The notes: generated from the sequence alone by a model not told the origin. A stretch of DNA of 64,000 nt from Dehalococcoidia bacterium (GCA_965262725.1 OZ253555.1:192001-256000); one strand, 5' to 3'; numbered from the stretch's first letter, positions 8,700 through 19,852 are shown. Translations and numbers: made by a program.

Positions 8700-11174
8700 C
8701 TAGACCGCCACGCTCTCCTCGACGCCGCCGAGCGTCTCCGCGGCCACGGGGTCGCGGCGCTCCCTGGTGAAGGTGAGCTCTCCCGCCTCGTCCACGTCGA
8801 CGATGGCCAGGTCGCCCGCCTCGAACTCGCCCGCGAGCACGCGCCTCGCCAGGGGGTTCTCCACCAGGCGCTCGATCGTGCGGCGCAGCGGCCGGGCGCC
8901 GAACTCGGGATCGTAGCCACCGGCGACCAGGCTCTCGCGCGCGGCGTCGGTCACGGAGAAGCCGACCTGCCGCTCCCCGAGGCGCTCGCGCAGCTCCTCG
9001 AGCATCAGCTCCGCGATGCGCGCGATCTCGGACTCGGTGAGTGGCTCGAAGACGACCACGTCGTCGAGCCGGTTGAGGAACTCGGGGCGGAAGGTGCGCT
9101 TCAGCGCCCCCTCCACCGACCGCACGAGGCCCTCGCGCTCCGATGCGCTCCGCGTGCGAACCAGACCGATCTCCTGCTGTTTGCCCCTGCCGCCGAGGTT
9201 CGAGGTCAGGATGACCACGGTGTTGCGGAAGCTCACGACGCGTCCGTGCGCGTCCGTGAGCCGCCCGTCGTCCATGATCTGCAGCAGCGCATTGAAGATG
9301 TCCGGGTGCGCCTTCTCGATCTCGTCGAAGAGGATCACGCGGTAGGGCCGGCGCCGGACGGCCTCGGTGAGCTGCCCGGCCTGCTCGAATCCGACGTAGC
9401 CGGGCGGCGCTCCGACGAGCCGCGAGACCGTGTGTCGCTCCTGGAACTCCGACATGTCGAGGCGCAGCAGAGCGTCCTCGTCGTCGAAGAGGTAGCCCGC
9501 GAGCGCCTTCGCGAGGTGCGTCTTCCCGACGCCGGTGGGCCCGACGAAGATGAACGATCCTATGGGGCGGCGCGGGTCCTTGAGGCCGGAGCGGGCGCGG
9601 CGGATGGCGTCGGCGAGGGCCGCGATCGCGGAGTCCTGTCCCACCACGCGCTGGTGGAGCGCCTCCTCCATGTGGAGCAGCCTCTCCGCCTCGTCCTTGA
9701 GGAGCTGGTCGACGGGGATGCCGGTCACCTGCGCGAGAATCGCGGCGATGTCCTCCTCGCCGACCTCCTCGCGTGGCTCGGCGCCCTCGCCGAGATCCGC
9801 CGTCAGCTGCTCGTAGCGCTCCTGCACCGCGATCACCTGCTGCTTGATACGGGCGGCGGCCTCGTAGTCCTCCCTGGCAGCGGCCGCGTCGAGGCGCGCG
9901 GCGGCGTCGTCGAGCTCGCGGCGCAGCTCCCGCATCTCGGGGGTCAGCGACTCCGCCGCAATCACGTGCCGCGACGCCGCCTCGTCGACGAGATCGATCG
10001 CCTTGTCGGGGAGCTGGCGCCCGGTTATGTAGCGGTCGGAGAGCCGCGACGCCGCCCCGAGTGCGGTGTCGGTGATGCGCAGCCCGTGGTGTTCCTCGTA
10101 GCGGGCACGGAGGCCACGGAGAATCTCGATCGTCTCCTCGACGGAGGGGGCGTCGACGTAGACGGGGGAGAAGCGCCGCTCCAGCGCGGGGTCCTTCTCC
10201 ACGCCCGTGCGGTACTCGTCCAGGGTCGTCGCGCCGATGACGCGCAGCTCGCCGCGGGCGAGCGCCGGCTTCAGCATGTTCCCGGCGTCAATGGCCCCCT
10301 CGGCGCCACCGGCTCCGACCAGCGTGTGCAGCTCATCCAGAAAGAGCAGCACCTCGCCCGCCGCCTCGCGGACCTCGCGGATCACGGACTGCAACCGCTC
10401 CTCGAACTCGCCGCGGAACTTCGAGCCGGCGAGCATGCCCGGCAGGTCGAGCGCGAGCAGTCGCTTCCCCCGCAGCCGCTCGGGGACGTCGTCTGCGACG
10501 ATTCGCTGCGCGAGTCCCTCCACGACCGCGGTCTTCCCGACGCCGGCCTCTCCGATCAGGACGGGGTTGTTCTTCGTGCGGCGGTTGAGGATCTGCATCA
10601 CGCGCGCGATCTCGCCCTCGCGCCCGACGACCGGGTCCAGCTTGCCCTGCCTCGCGAACTCGGTGAGATCACGGCTGTAGCGCGTGAGTGCCTGGTATCG
10701 CGACTCGGCCGTCGGCGAGTCGACCCGCGCCGTCCCGCGGGTTTCGCGCAGCGCCCGGTAGATGGCTTCCTTGGTGATCCGCTCCTCCTGGAGGAGGCGC
10801 GCGGCCTCGCCCTCTCGCTCGTCCGAGATCGCGACCAGCAGATGCTCGACGCCGACGTAGTCGTCCTGCAGGCGGTCGGCTTCGGCGTTGGCGGCCTCGA
10901 GCATCCGCACGATGCGCGGCGTCGTGTAGATCTGGACGACGTCGTAGGTGAGCTGGGGAGCCTTCGCCAGCTCCGCCACGAGGCGCGCCGTGGCGCGTTC
11001 GCGGTCGACGCCGATGCGGGCGAGGAGGTCCGGTACCAGCCCCTCGGGCTGCTTGAGCAAGGCGAGCAGCACGTGCTCCACGTCCCATTGCGAGTGCCGC
11101 TGCTCGCGCACCATCTGCTGCGACGCCTGGATCACCTGCTGCGCCTGCTCGGTGAAGCGATCCTGCCTCATCAC
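8700..11174 (-). CDS. clpC: ClpB/ClpC-family AAA+ chaperone (short middle domain, ClpC-like length)
   Basis: Clp N domain, [38 protein letters not shown]. Confidence 0.9.
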   Translation of the reverse strand: MMRQDRFTEQAQQVIQASQQMVREQRHSQWDVEHVLLALLKQPEGLVPDLLARIGVDRERATARLVAELAKAPQLTYDVVQIYTTPRIVRMLEAANAEADRLQDDYVGVEHLLVAISDEREGEAARLLQEERITKEAIYRALRETRGTARVDSPTAESRYQALTRYSRDLTEFARQGKLDPVVGREGEIARVMQILNRRTKNNPVLIGEAGVGKTAVVEGLAQRIVADDVPERLRGKRLLALDLPGMLAGSKFRGEFEERLQSVIREVREAAGEVLLFLDELHTLVGAGGAEGAIDAGNMLKPALARGELRVIGATTLDEYRTGVEKDPALERRFSPVYVDAPSVEETIEILRGLRARYEEHHGLRITDTALGAASRLSDRYITGRQLPDKAIDLVDEAASRHVIAAESLTPEMRELRRELDDAAARLDAAAAREDYEAAARIKQQVIAVQERYEQLTADLGEGAEPREEVGEEDIAAILAQVTGIPVDQLLKDEAERLLHMEEALHQRVVGQDSAIAALADAIRRARSGLKDPRRPIGSFIFVGPTGVGKTHLAKALAGYLFDDEDALLRLDMSEFQERHTVSRLVGAPPGYVGFEQAGQLTEAVRRRPYRVILFDEIEKAHPDIFNALLQIMDDGRLTDAHGRVVSFRNTVVILTSNLGGRGKQQEIGLVRTRSASEREGLVRSVEGALKRTFRPEFLNRLDDVVVFEPLTESEIARIAELMLEELRERLGERQVGFSVTDAARESLVAGGYDPEFGARPLRRTIERLVENPLARRVLAGEFEAGDLAIVDVDEAGELTFTRERRDPVAAETLGGVEESVAV

Positions 11175-11244
11175 TTGCTCGTGTCCCTTCCAGCCGGCGC
11201 GCCGGCCGCGCCGTGATCGGTGTTCGTCGTCTCGGCGCGTGCGG

Positions 11245-11637
11245 TCACCACGCGGCGCCCCTGCGGAGCCGTTCGATCTCGCGGTGTGCGTTCTCCAGCT
11301 CGCGTGCCTGGCGCTCCAGCGCGACGTGCATCTCCTCGATCTGCGACCGCATGCGAAGCACGACGTCGGCCCCGGCGAGGTTCAGGCCGAGCTCGTCGAC
11401 GAGGCGGATCACCTGCCTCACCCGGTCCACGTCGGCGACGGAGTAGAGCCTGGAGTTCCCGGACGATCGCGCCGGCGTCACGAGGCCGAGCCGCTCGTAG
11501 GAGCGCAGCGTCTGCTGGTGCACGCCGACCATCTCGGCGACCACCGAGATCCGGAACACCGGGTGCTCCGGGTGGAGATGCCCCGGGCCCTGCTCGCGGC
11601 TCCCGGGCGTCCGGCGCGGCTCGCCGCCTGGCGTCAC
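11245..11637 (-). CDS. hspR: MerR-family heat shock repressor HspR
   Basis: ISVVAEMVGVHQQTLRSYER...GLNLAG; located between dnaJ and clp. Confidence 0.9.
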   Translation of the reverse strand: MTPGGEPRRTPGSREQGPGHLHPEHPVFRISVVAEMVGVHQQTLRSYERLGLVTPARSSGNSRLYSVADVDRVRQVIRLVDELGLNLAGADVVLRMRSQIEEMHVALERQARELENAHREIERLRRGAAW

Positions 11638-12692
11638 GGCATCGCTCCCGCCCCGCTCGCCGTCGTTCCGGTGCCGGTACCGGTCGCCTCGTCGCGCAGG
11701 CGGGCGAGCAGGTCACGCTGGAGGTCGGTCAGCTCCTGGGGCAGCGTGAGACGCACGCGCGCGAGCAGGTCCCCGTAGCCCCCGCCCGTCCGCGGCATCC
11801 CCTGTCCCGCGAGCCGGAAGACGCGGCCACCCTCGGTCCCCGCCGGGATCGAGAGGGCCAGGGTCTTCCCCTTGAGGGTCGGGACGCGCGCCTCGCCGCC
11901 GAGCGCTGCGTCCCAGACGGGGACGTCGATCTCCAGCTCCAGCTCGTCGCCGCGGCGAACGAACGTCGGGTGCGGCGCTATCGAGACGCGCAGGTAGAGG
12001 TCGCCGGGCCTCCCGCCGGCCGCACCGGCGCCGCCCTTCCCCGCGAGCCGGACGCGCCCGCCGTCGTGGATGCCGGCCGGGATCGTCACCTCGAGGCGGC
12101 GGGTGGCACGGACACTGCCGGCGCCGCGGCAGGCGTGGCAGGTGGCGCCGGCGACCTGCCCGCTGCCGTCGCAGACGCGGCAGAGACCGCCGTCATCGGT
12201 GATCTCGATCCGACGTGTCGTTCCGCCGGCCGCCTCCTCCAGAGTGATGGGCACCGTGTGTTCGATGTCGCGCCCGCGTTGCCGCCCGGCCCGGCCCCCG
12301 CCGCGATGGAACATCCGTCCGAAGATTCCGCTCTCGCCGCCGCCGAGGATCTCCTCGACATCCGGGCCCGGCCCGGCACCGCGCCCGCCGCCGAACAGGT
12401 CGTTGAGGTTGAAGGATGGGCCCGCCTCGCCGCCGGGGCGCTGGCGGCGCCGCATCTGCTCGATCTCCTCGGCATGCTGCCACTGGTCGCCGTAGCGGTC
12501 GTACTTCTCGCGCGACTGCGTGTCGGAGAGGACCCGGTGCGCCGAGTTGATCTCCTTGAAGCGCTCCTCCGCCTCCGCATCACCCGGGTTGACGTCAGGG
12601 TGATACCTGCGCGCAAGGCGCCGGTAGGCGGCGCGGATCTCCTTCTCCGAGGCGTCGCGATTCACGCCGAGCGTGCGGTAGAGGTCTGCCAT
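11634..12692 (-). CDS. dnaJ: DnaJ-family co-chaperone
   Basis: J domain HPD, G/F region, two CxxCxGxG repeats, C-terminal domain. Confidence 0.92.
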   Translation of the reverse strand: MADLYRTLGVNRDASEKEIRAAYRRLARRYHPDVNPGDAEAEERFKEINSAHRVLSDTQSREKYDRYGDQWQHAEEIEQMRRRQRPGGEAGPSFNLNDLFGGGRGAGPGPDVEEILGGGESGIFGRMFHRGGGRAGRQRGRDIEHTVPITLEEAAGGTTRRIEITDDGGLCRVCDGSGQVAGATCHACRGAGSVRATRRLEVTIPAGIHDGGRVRLAGKGGAGAAGGRPGDLYLRVSIAPHPTFVRRGDELELEIDVPVWDAALGGEARVPTLKGKTLALSIPAGTEGGRVFRLAGQGMPRTGGGYGDLLARVRLTLPQELTDLQRDLLARLRDEATGTGTGTTASGAGAMP

Positions 12693-12698
12693 GGGCGA

Positions 12699-12730
12699 AT
12701 GATAACAGAGTTGAGTGCGCCACTAGCAAG
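12699..12730 (-). promoter_or_regulatory. dnaJ-hspR-clp promoter with HAIR-like operator
   Basis: Minus strand CTTGCTA-N7-ACTCAAC versus HAIR CTTGAGT-N7-ACTCAAG; extended -10 TGtTATCAT 6 nt before the ATG. Confidence 0.7.
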
Positions 12731-12852
12731 TAGAGTCATAGAACAGATATCAGGCGGCGTGAGCGCGTCCTGCCACGTCTGCGCCTCGAGTGCAGGGACC
12801 AGACGCGGCCGGGATCCCGCCGCCCGGCCGAGACGGGCCGGGATGGTTGCCT

Positions 12853-13833
12853 CTACCGGGTGCGGGGAGGGCGCGGCGACGCGCCGCGGCGCCGGTCGGG
12901 CCGCGGCGCGCGCCGACCGTTGCCGCCCGGACGCTGCGGGGGGCCGCTCCCGGGGGAATCGTCGCCCGCGTCGTCGATCAGGGGCGCACCCCTCGCCGAC
13001 TCGGCGCCGCGCGCCGCGGCGCGCCCGCGTCGGACCTCCATCTGCGAGAGCAGCGCCAGCGCCTTGCGCGTATCGGAGGCCACGCGCTCGGGTTCGCCGT
13101 TCTGCACCCGGTACTTCGAGCACCAGTAGGTGAACTCGCGGAGGTCGCCCAGGCTCACGCGGCCTCCCAGTTCGACGCCGGACTCGTGCCGGTAGAGGGC
13201 TCGCAGCTCGTCGAGGGGACGGCCGTAGACACGCTGGTAGGCGAGGACGTCGGCGGCGTGTTCGGCGGCGTGCGAGAGCCGCCCCGCCTTGCGGAGCTCC
13301 TGTTCGGTGGCGAGCAGGAGCGCCTCCTCCACGACCACGCCGTACTGGAAGTTGAGGTGCGCGCGGTGTTTGGCCGGGCCGATGCCCTGTGCGAACGTCT
13401 CCTCGTCCTCGCCGTCGGGCGTGACGCCGAAGCGCAGCAGCGCCTCCCGCTCGCTCCCCGGGACGCGGTCACCCGTCGTGTCCAGCAACCGCTGCGCGAG
13501 CAGGAGCCAGTCGAACGCCTCTCCGCCGATCAGGTAGGCGTAGCGCTCGCCGTCGATCGTCTCGACCGGCGCGACCCAGCGCGCGATCACGTGCAGCAGC
13601 GCCGTGTACCAGGGCTCGCCCGCCTCGAGGCGGGCGAGCAGCGCGCGTTCCGCCTGCTCCGGCGAGAGAGGCCCCTCCTGCGGGATCGCTGCGGCCCGGG
13701 AGCCGGGTCCCGAGCTCGGATCGGCGTTCAGGGTGTCGGCGAAGTGCGCGTCGAAGGCGCCGTTCACGGGCACGCTCTCGCCGACGGGGTCGGCGTGGCT
13801 CGCTCGAGGCGATCGGCGAGTGCTCGGGCTCAT
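12853..13833 (-). CDS. Conserved-looking hypothetical protein
   Basis: Globular core (YLIGGEAFDWLLLAQRL, LNFQYGVVVEEAL, RVASDTRKAL) with host codon bias; -10 TAGGAT 6 nt upstream. Confidence 0.8.
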   Translation of the reverse strand: MSPSTRRSPRASHADPVGESVPVNGAFDAHFADTLNADPSSGPGSRAAAIPQEGPLSPEQAERALLARLEAGEPWYTALLHVIARWVAPVETIDGERYAYLIGGEAFDWLLLAQRLLDTTGDRVPGSEREALLRFGVTPDGEDEETFAQGIGPAKHRAHLNFQYGVVVEEALLLATEQELRKAGRLSHAAEHAADVLAYQRVYGRPLDELRALYRHESGVELGGRVSLGDLREFTYWCSKYRVQNGEPERVASDTRKALALLSQMEVRRGRAAARGAESARGAPLIDDAGDDSPGSGPPQRPGGNGRRAPRPDRRRGASPRPPRTR

Positions 13834-13933
13834 GGAGCGATCCTATAGCGCCTGCGCCGCACGTGGGCGCACGCCGGCGGGCCCGGGCGACGCCCGGCCG
13901 CGGCGCTCCCGCGCAACTCGGCGTCGCGCCGCC

Positions 13934-16558
13934 TCAGGAGGCGAGCGGCGGATTCTGGCCGTGGCATCGCTTGTACTTCTTGCCGGAGCCGCACGGACAC
14001 TGCTGGTTGCGCCCCACTTTCGGGACGGGTGGCGCGGCGGTGGCGGTGGCGGCGCCGGCCGCGCCCTGGCGGGCGGCGCCGTCCTGAGTGCCCCCGATAC
14101 TGCCGCCCGGCTCGCCGGGCCCGCTCTCGCGCGTCGCGCGCGGGCCGGCCGGGCGTGCGCGCGCGGCCTCGGTGAGGCGAGCGTGCAGCGCCTGCCGGGC
14201 CACCACCGAGCGCATCGTGGTGAGCAGTTGCTCCCACATCTCGTGCGCCTCGCGCTTGTAGGCGACCTTCGGATCCACCTGGCCGTAGGCGCGCAGACCG
14301 ATACCCTGGCGCATCTCGTCCATCGAGGTCAGGTGCTGGACCCACAGGGTGTCGATGGTCCGCAGCAGCATCAGCCGCTCGGTGATCCGCTGCACGTCCG
14401 CGCCGACGCCCTCCTCGAGCTCCTCGTAGCGGAGCTCCGCGATCGCGACTGCTTCCTCGAGGACGCCGGCGGGGTCGCGCCCCTCGACGGTGGGGAGCGC
14501 CAGGTCGTCGCGGAGCGGCACGACGGCGTCGAGCGCGAGGCGGAAGGTCGCGACGTCGGGAGGCGTCGCGTGGAGGTAGCTCCGGCCGATCTCCTTGACC
14601 TCCTCGTCGAGCATCCCGAGCACCGTCTCGCGCATCCCCTCCTCGTCGAGCACCTTGTCGCGCTCGCGGTAGATGACGTCGCGGTGCGTGTTCATGACGT
14701 CGTCGTACTCGACGACGTTCTTGCGGATCTCGAAGTTGTAGGTCTCGACGCGCGTTTGCGCGCTCTCGATCGCCTTCGACACCATCCGTGACTCGAGCGG
14801 GGCGTCGTCCTCCATCCCGAGCTTCTCCATCATGCCCGGCAGCCAGTCCGGGGCGAACCGGCGCATCAGTTCGTCCTCGAAGGAAACGAAGAAGCGGCTG
14901 GATCCGGGGTCGCCCTGGCGGCCGGAGCGCCCGCGCAGCTGGTGGTCGATCCGTCGCGACTCGTGGCGCTCCGTCCCGATGACGTGAAGGCCCCCCGCCT
15001 CGCGCACGCCGGCTCCGAGCTTGATGTCGGTCCCGCGCCCGGCCATGTTCGTCGCGATGGTGACGGCGCCGGCCTCCCCCGCGCGTTCGATGATGTGCGC
15101 CTCGCGCTCGTGCTGCTTGGCGTTCAGCACCTCGTGGTCGATGCCGCGCTGGAGCAGCATCTCCGAGAGCAGTTCCGAGCTTTCGATCGCGACCGTGCCG
15201 ACGAGGACGGGCCGCCCGGCCTGATGCTTCTGGACGATGTCGTCGACGACCGCCGCGTACTTCCCCCGGCCGCGCCGGAAAACGAGGTCGGCGAGGTCCG
15301 TGCGTGCGAGGTCGCGGTGCGTCGGGATCACCAGCACCTCGCGGCTGTAGATCTCGGAGAACTCCTCGGCCTCGGTCACGGCGGTGCCGGTCATGCCGGC
15401 GAGCGTCTCGTACATGCGGAAGTAGTTCTGGAGGGTGACCGTCGCGTAGGTGACCGACTCCTGCTGGATCGGAACGCCCTCCTTCGCCTCGACCGCCTGA
15501 TGCAGGCCGTCCGACCAGCGCCGCCCTTCCATCAGACGGCCCGTGAAGGCGTCGACGATCACGACCTGATCGTCTTTCACCACATAGTCCACGTTGCGCT
15601 GGTAGATCACCTCGGCGCGGAGCGCCGCCTCCATGTAGCGCGTGAGGTGGTAGTTCTCGATCGCGTAGATGTTCTCGACGCCGAGCAGACGCTCGGCCAG
15701 CTCGACCCCCTCCTCGGTGAGCGAGACCGTGCGCGTCCTCGCGTCGACCGTGAAGTGCCTGTTCGACGAGAGCTGCGGCACCAGGCGGGCGAAGCGCCGG
15801 TAGACGGAGACGTCCTCCTGCGCCGGCCCCGAGATGATGAGCGGTGTCCGCGCCTCGTCGACGAGCACGGAGTCCGCCTCGTCGACGATCGCGAAGTGGT
15901 GGCCGCGCTGCACCTGCAGCGCGCGGCTGGTCGCCATGTTGTCGCGCAGGTAGTCGAATCCGAACTCGTTGTTGGTGCCGTAGGTGACGTCGGCACGGTA
16001 GGCCTCACGGCGAGTGATCGGGGCTAGGTGCTCCCAGCCGGACCGCTCCGAGACGGCCTCCTCCACGTAGAGATAGGCACCCTCGTGCTGCAGCACGGCG
16101 ACCGAGAGACCGAGCCGCGCGAGCGCCGGCCCGTACCATTGCGCGTCCCTGCGCGCCAGGTAGTCGTTGACGGTGACGAGGTGCGCTCCGCGCCCGGAGA
16201 GGGCGTTGGCGTACAGCGCGAGCGTCGCGACGAGCGTCTTCCCCTCGCCGGTCTTCATCTCCGCGATCGTTCCGCGGTGGAGCGCCCCCGCGCCCACGAT
16301 CTGCACCGTGAAGGCGCGCTCGCCCGTGGTGCGGGCGACCGCCTCACGCGCGACGGCGAGCGACTCCTCCAGCAGGTCGTCGACGCTCTCACCGGCGTCG
16401 AGGCGCGCGCGGAGCGTCACCGTTCGCCCGGTGAGCTCCTCGTCGGAGAGCGCGCGCATCTCGCCGTCGCGGGCGTCGACGCCCGCGGCGAGCTCGCGCA
16501 GCGGCTTGAGCGCACGCTCGTTCGGGTCCCCGAGGATCTTCTGCAGCAGGCGTGGCAT
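13934..16558 (-). CDS. secA: Preprotein translocase ATPase SecA
   Basis: MKTGEGKT, DEAD, ATNMAGRGTDI, C-terminal GRNQQCPCGSGKKYKRCHG. Confidence 0.99.
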   Translation of the reverse strand: MPRLLQKILGDPNERALKPLRELAAGVDARDGEMRALSDEELTGRTVTLRARLDAGESVDDLLEESLAVAREAVARTTGERAFTVQIVGAGALHRGTIAEMKTGEGKTLVATLALYANALSGRGAHLVTVNDYLARRDAQWYGPALARLGLSVAVLQHEGAYLYVEEAVSERSGWEHLAPITRREAYRADVTYGTNNEFGFDYLRDNMATSRALQVQRGHHFAIVDEADSVLVDEARTPLIISGPAQEDVSVYRRFARLVPQLSSNRHFTVDARTRTVSLTEEGVELAERLLGVENIYAIENYHLTRYMEAALRAEVIYQRNVDYVVKDDQVVIVDAFTGRLMEGRRWSDGLHQAVEAKEGVPIQQESVTYATVTLQNYFRMYETLAGMTGTAVTEAEEFSEIYSREVLVIPTHRDLARTDLADLVFRRGRGKYAAVVDDIVQKHQAGRPVLVGTVAIESSELLSEMLLQRGIDHEVLNAKQHEREAHIIERAGEAGAVTIATNMAGRGTDIKLGAGVREAGGLHVIGTERHESRRIDHQLRGRSGRQGDPGSSRFFVSFEDELMRRFAPDWLPGMMEKLGMEDDAPLESRMVSKAIESAQTRVETYNFEIRKNVVEYDDVMNTHRDVIYRERDKVLDEEGMRETVLGMLDEEVKEIGRSYLHATPPDVATFRLALDAVVPLRDDLALPTVEGRDPAGVLEEAVAIAELRYEELEEGVGADVQRITERLMLLRTIDTLWVQHLTSMDEMRQGIGLRAYGQVDPKVAYKREAHEMWEQLLTTMRSVVARQALHARLTEAARARPAGPRATRESGPGEPGGSIGGTQDGAARQGAAGAATATAAPPVPKVGRNQQCPCGSGKKYKRCHGQNPPLAS

Positions 16559-16725
16559 CCGTGCCCGTTCTCCGCTTCGAGAGTGCCGCGCTCAGAGGCG
16601 CTCTAGCTATGGTGCGGCATCGACTCCTATTTTTCGAGTTCGGCAGGAGCCCGGCTCTCGCGGCGCGTCCGCAGATCCGCCCGGGCGAAGCCGCCGCCCC
16701 CCCTCCGGCGAGAGACCCGCGGCGG

Positions 16726-17670
16726 CTAGCTGAAGAGCGCCCCGACGGACTCGCCGGTGTGGATGCGGTGAATCGCGTCCCCGATCAGGGGGGCGATCGA
16801 GAGCACGCGCGCCGGAACACGCTCGAAGGTCCCCTCCGGCACCGGCACGCTGTCGGTGAAGACGATCTCCTCGACGTCCGCCGAGTCGAGCAGCTCGACG
16901 GCGCCCGGCGTGAAGAGCGCGTGGACGCAGGCGAGGTGCACGGAACGAGCACCCCGCTCGCGGAGCAGGTTCGCCGCGACCGCGACCGTGCCGCCCGTCA
17001 GTATCTCGTCGTCCATGACGACGCAGTCCCGCCCCTCGACATTGCCGATCACGGTCGATCCCGTCGGCGACTCCGAGTTGTCGGTGCGCCGCTTGTCGAC
17101 GATAGCCAGGTCGCTGCCGAGCCAGCTCGCCATCTTCGCCGCGTGCTTGGCGCCGCCCACGTCGGTCGCCACCACGACCGGCCGTGAGAGGCTCGCCGTC
17201 CGGAAATACTCGCCGAAGAGCGGGTACGCCGTGAGTTCGTCGAGCGGGATGTTGAAGAAGCCCTGGATCTGACCGGCGTGGAGATCGACGGTCAGCACGC
17301 GGTCCGCCCCCGCGACCTCCAGGAAGTTCGCGATCAGCCGCGCGGAGATCGGAACTCGTGGCTGGTCCTTCTTGTCGGAGCGGCCGTAGGCGTAGTACGG
17401 GATCACGGCGGTGACGCGGCCCGCGGAGGCGCGCTTCGCCGCGTCGATCATGATGAGAAGCTCCATGAGCCGCGTGTTCACGGGAGAGACGATCGGTTGC
17501 ACCAGGAAGACATCCCGCTCGCGGATGTTCTCGCGGAAGCGCACGAAGATGTTCTCGTTTGAGAACTCGAAGACGTCGCAGCCGCCCAGGGGCATCTCAA
17601 GGTGCCGGCACACCGCCTCCGCGAAGGCACGGTGGGCATTGCCGGTAAACACGGCGATCCCGCGATTCAC
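16726..17670 (-). CDS. prs: Ribose-phosphate pyrophosphokinase
   Basis: PYYAYGRSDKK, DLHAGQIQGFF, DDEILTGGT; GTG start after GGAGGAGG. Confidence 0.97.
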   Translation of the reverse strand: MNRGIAVFTGNAHRAFAEAVCRHLEMPLGGCDVFEFSNENIFVRFRENIRERDVFLVQPIVSPVNTRLMELLIMIDAAKRASAGRVTAVIPYYAYGRSDKKDQPRVPISARLIANFLEVAGADRVLTVDLHAGQIQGFFNIPLDELTAYPLFGEYFRTASLSRPVVVATDVGGAKHAAKMASWLGSDLAIVDKRRTDNSESPTGSTVIGNVEGRDCVVMDDEILTGGTVAVAANLLRERGARSVHLACVHALFTPGAVELLDSADVEEIVFTDSVPVPEGTFERVPARVLSIAPLIGDAIHRIHTGESVGALFS

Positions 17671-17911
17671 CGTCCGCCTCCTCCAACGTGTCGTGAGCGG
17701 AACGTCGGCCAGGGGCCGGGGCAGCAATGGTAGCACTGCGGGGAGTTGGGTACCGCCGCGAGTCGGATCCCGCCGGGTGGTAGCGCGCCGCCGGCGGTAA
17801 GCGTGGCGGCGACGGGCTACACTGGCGGCGCCCGTCTCGCGCTCCCCGCGGGGGCGGCGGGAGCGCGACGCCCCGAGGCGTCGGTGTCGGGGCGGAACGT
17901 GGTGGGGGGCG

Positions 17912-19096
17912 ATGAACTTTCACTTCTCCGAGGAGGAGGAGCGCTTCCGTCAGGAGATGCGCGACTTTCTCGCGGGACGCCTGCCGGCCGACTGGAACGA
18001 TCAGAGCTTCCTGCTCGCTCAGGACGCGCCCGAGCGCGACGAGATCGCCGGCGAGCTCGCGCGCGAGCTCGGTGAGAAGCGCTGGCTCGCGCTCGCCTGG
18101 CCGAAGCGCTACGGAGGCGCCGGCGCCTCCTACCTGCAGCAGACCGTCTACAGCGAGGAGATCGCCTACCACGCCGCACCCACCCAGAGCGCCGCCGGCG
18201 TGCAGTGGGTCGGTCCCGCAATCATGCGCTTCGGGGACGAGGCGCAGCGCGAGCGCTACCTCCCGCGCATCGCCGGTGGCGACGAGACCTGGTGCACGCT
18301 CTACTCGGAGCCCGGCGCCGGCTCCGACCTCGCGTCGATTCGAACGCGCGCCGTGCGCGACGGCGACGAGTGGGTGATCAACGGGCAGAAGCTGTGGGCG
18401 GCGGGCGCGGGGCGAGCCACGCTCGGCTGGCTCGCGGCCCGCACCGACCCCGCCGCCCCGAAGCACCGGGGCATCTCCACCTTCGTGCTGCCGATGGACG
18501 CCCCCGGCATCACCATGCGGCCCATCGAGGACATCACTGGAGCGCGGACGCTCAACGAGGTCTACCTAGACAACGTGCGCATCCCCGCCGACCACCTCGT
18601 TGGCGAGGAGAACCGCGGCTGGTACCAGGTCGCGCAGACACTCGACATGGAGCGCTCCGGCGTCGGCACGTTCGCGACGGGTCGGCGCAACGTGGAGAAG
18701 CTGGTCGAGATCGCGAAGGCCCGGCGCGACCTGCTCTCGCAGCGCCCCGCCTCCCGCTACGAGCTCGCTGACCGCTGGATCGAGCTCGAAGTGGGCTACC
18801 AGGTCGCCTACCGCATCCCCTATCTCCAGGAGGGGGGGGCGACCCCGAACTACGAGGCATCCGTCTCCAAGCTCTTCGGCGCGGAGCTGACGCAGCGCAT
18901 TGCACAGACCGGCGTGCAGCTCTTGGGGACGGGCGGCCAGGTAGCGTCCGGAGCCGGTCCGGGGGACGCGGCCGCACCCCTCGGTGGCGCTCTGTCCCGC
19001 AACTACCTCGCCGCGGTCGCCTCTACGATCGCCTCCGGCACGAGCGAGGTGCAGCGGGGCGTGATCGCGCGTCGGGGACTCGGCCTCCCGCGCTGA
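17912..19096 (+). CDS. Acyl-CoA dehydrogenase family protein
   Basis: YSEPGAGSDLAS, INGQKLW, TIASGTSEVQR. Confidence 0.95.
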   Translation: MNFHFSEEEERFRQEMRDFLAGRLPADWNDQSFLLAQDAPERDEIAGELARELGEKRWLALAWPKRYGGAGASYLQQTVYSEEIAYHAAPTQSAAGVQWVGPAIMRFGDEAQRERYLPRIAGGDETWCTLYSEPGAGSDLASIRTRAVRDGDEWVINGQKLWAAGAGRATLGWLAARTDPAAPKHRGISTFVLPMDAPGITMRPIEDITGARTLNEVYLDNVRIPADHLVGEENRGWYQVAQTLDMERSGVGTFATGRRNVEKLVEIAKARRDLLSQRPASRYELADRWIELEVGYQVAYRIPYLQEGGATPNYEASVSKLFGAELTQRIAQTGVQLLGTGGQVASGAGPGDAAAPLGGALSRNYLAAVASTIASGTSEVQRGVIARRGLGLPR

Positions 19097-19120
19097 CGCG
19101 GCCGCCGGGAGGCGGCCGCA

Positions 19121-19645
19121 CTACTCCTGCGACTCCGCGATCGCCCGCGCGAGGTGTTCGTCCTCGATGAAGGGCGCGCCGGCGGCCTCGCGCAGGGCGG
19201 CGGCGCGCAGGAGTATCTCCGCCTCGTCGCATCCCGCCGGGGGCTCCCGGGTCCAGGCCGTCAGTGTGATCAGGACGCCGCTCGGGTCCTCGAGGAAGAC
19301 GAGGCGCTCGTACCCGCGGCGGATCTCCTCCGATGCCTGGACTCCCGCTCGCGCCAGTTCGTGATATGCGGCGTCGAGCTCGGAGCCGGAGACGCGCAGG
19401 CTCAGGTACTGCATGGAGCCGACGCCGATCTGCGCCTCGGCGAGCTTCATCTTCGGGTCGATCGGCCCGACGAGCAGCAGTCTGGTCCCGGAGCCCGCGT
19501 CGAGCAGCGCCTGCACCGACTCGGCGTCGTCTCGATTCGGCTCCATGAAGAGGAGGCGCATGCCGAGCGCACGCTCGTAGAAGGAGATCGTCTCCTCCAT
19601 GTTGCGGCAGATGATAGCGGGATAGCCGATACCCTGAACGCGCAC
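19121..19645 (-). CDS. VOC/glyoxalase-fold protein with C-terminal helical extension
   Basis: FYERALGM...FLEDPSG paired beta-alpha-beta-beta-beta pattern; start codon uncertain. Confidence 0.8.
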   Translation of the reverse strand: MRVQGIGYPAIICRNMEETISFYERALGMRLLFMEPNRDDAESVQALLDAGSGTRLLLVGPIDPKMKLAEAQIGVGSMQYLSLRVSGSELDAAYHELARAGVQASEEIRRGYERLVFLEDPSGVLITLTAWTREPPAGCDEAEILLRAAALREAAGAPFIEDEHLARAIAESQE

Positions 19646-19852
19646 GCCCGCCGCCCCTCCCGCGCCGCCTACGGGCGGCAGCATACGGCAGCACGGTGCC
19701 GGAGCGGCGCAGCGGCCGTTCGGTGCCGTCTCGCGGACAGGCCGCGCTCACGCCCCGGGCAGGCCGCGTGGCGGCCGGATCCCGCCACGCGGGGCTCGTG
19801 CTAGTCTGGCCGCCGCCCGGAGGAGTCGGGCGCAGCACTCTCGGAGAATTCC

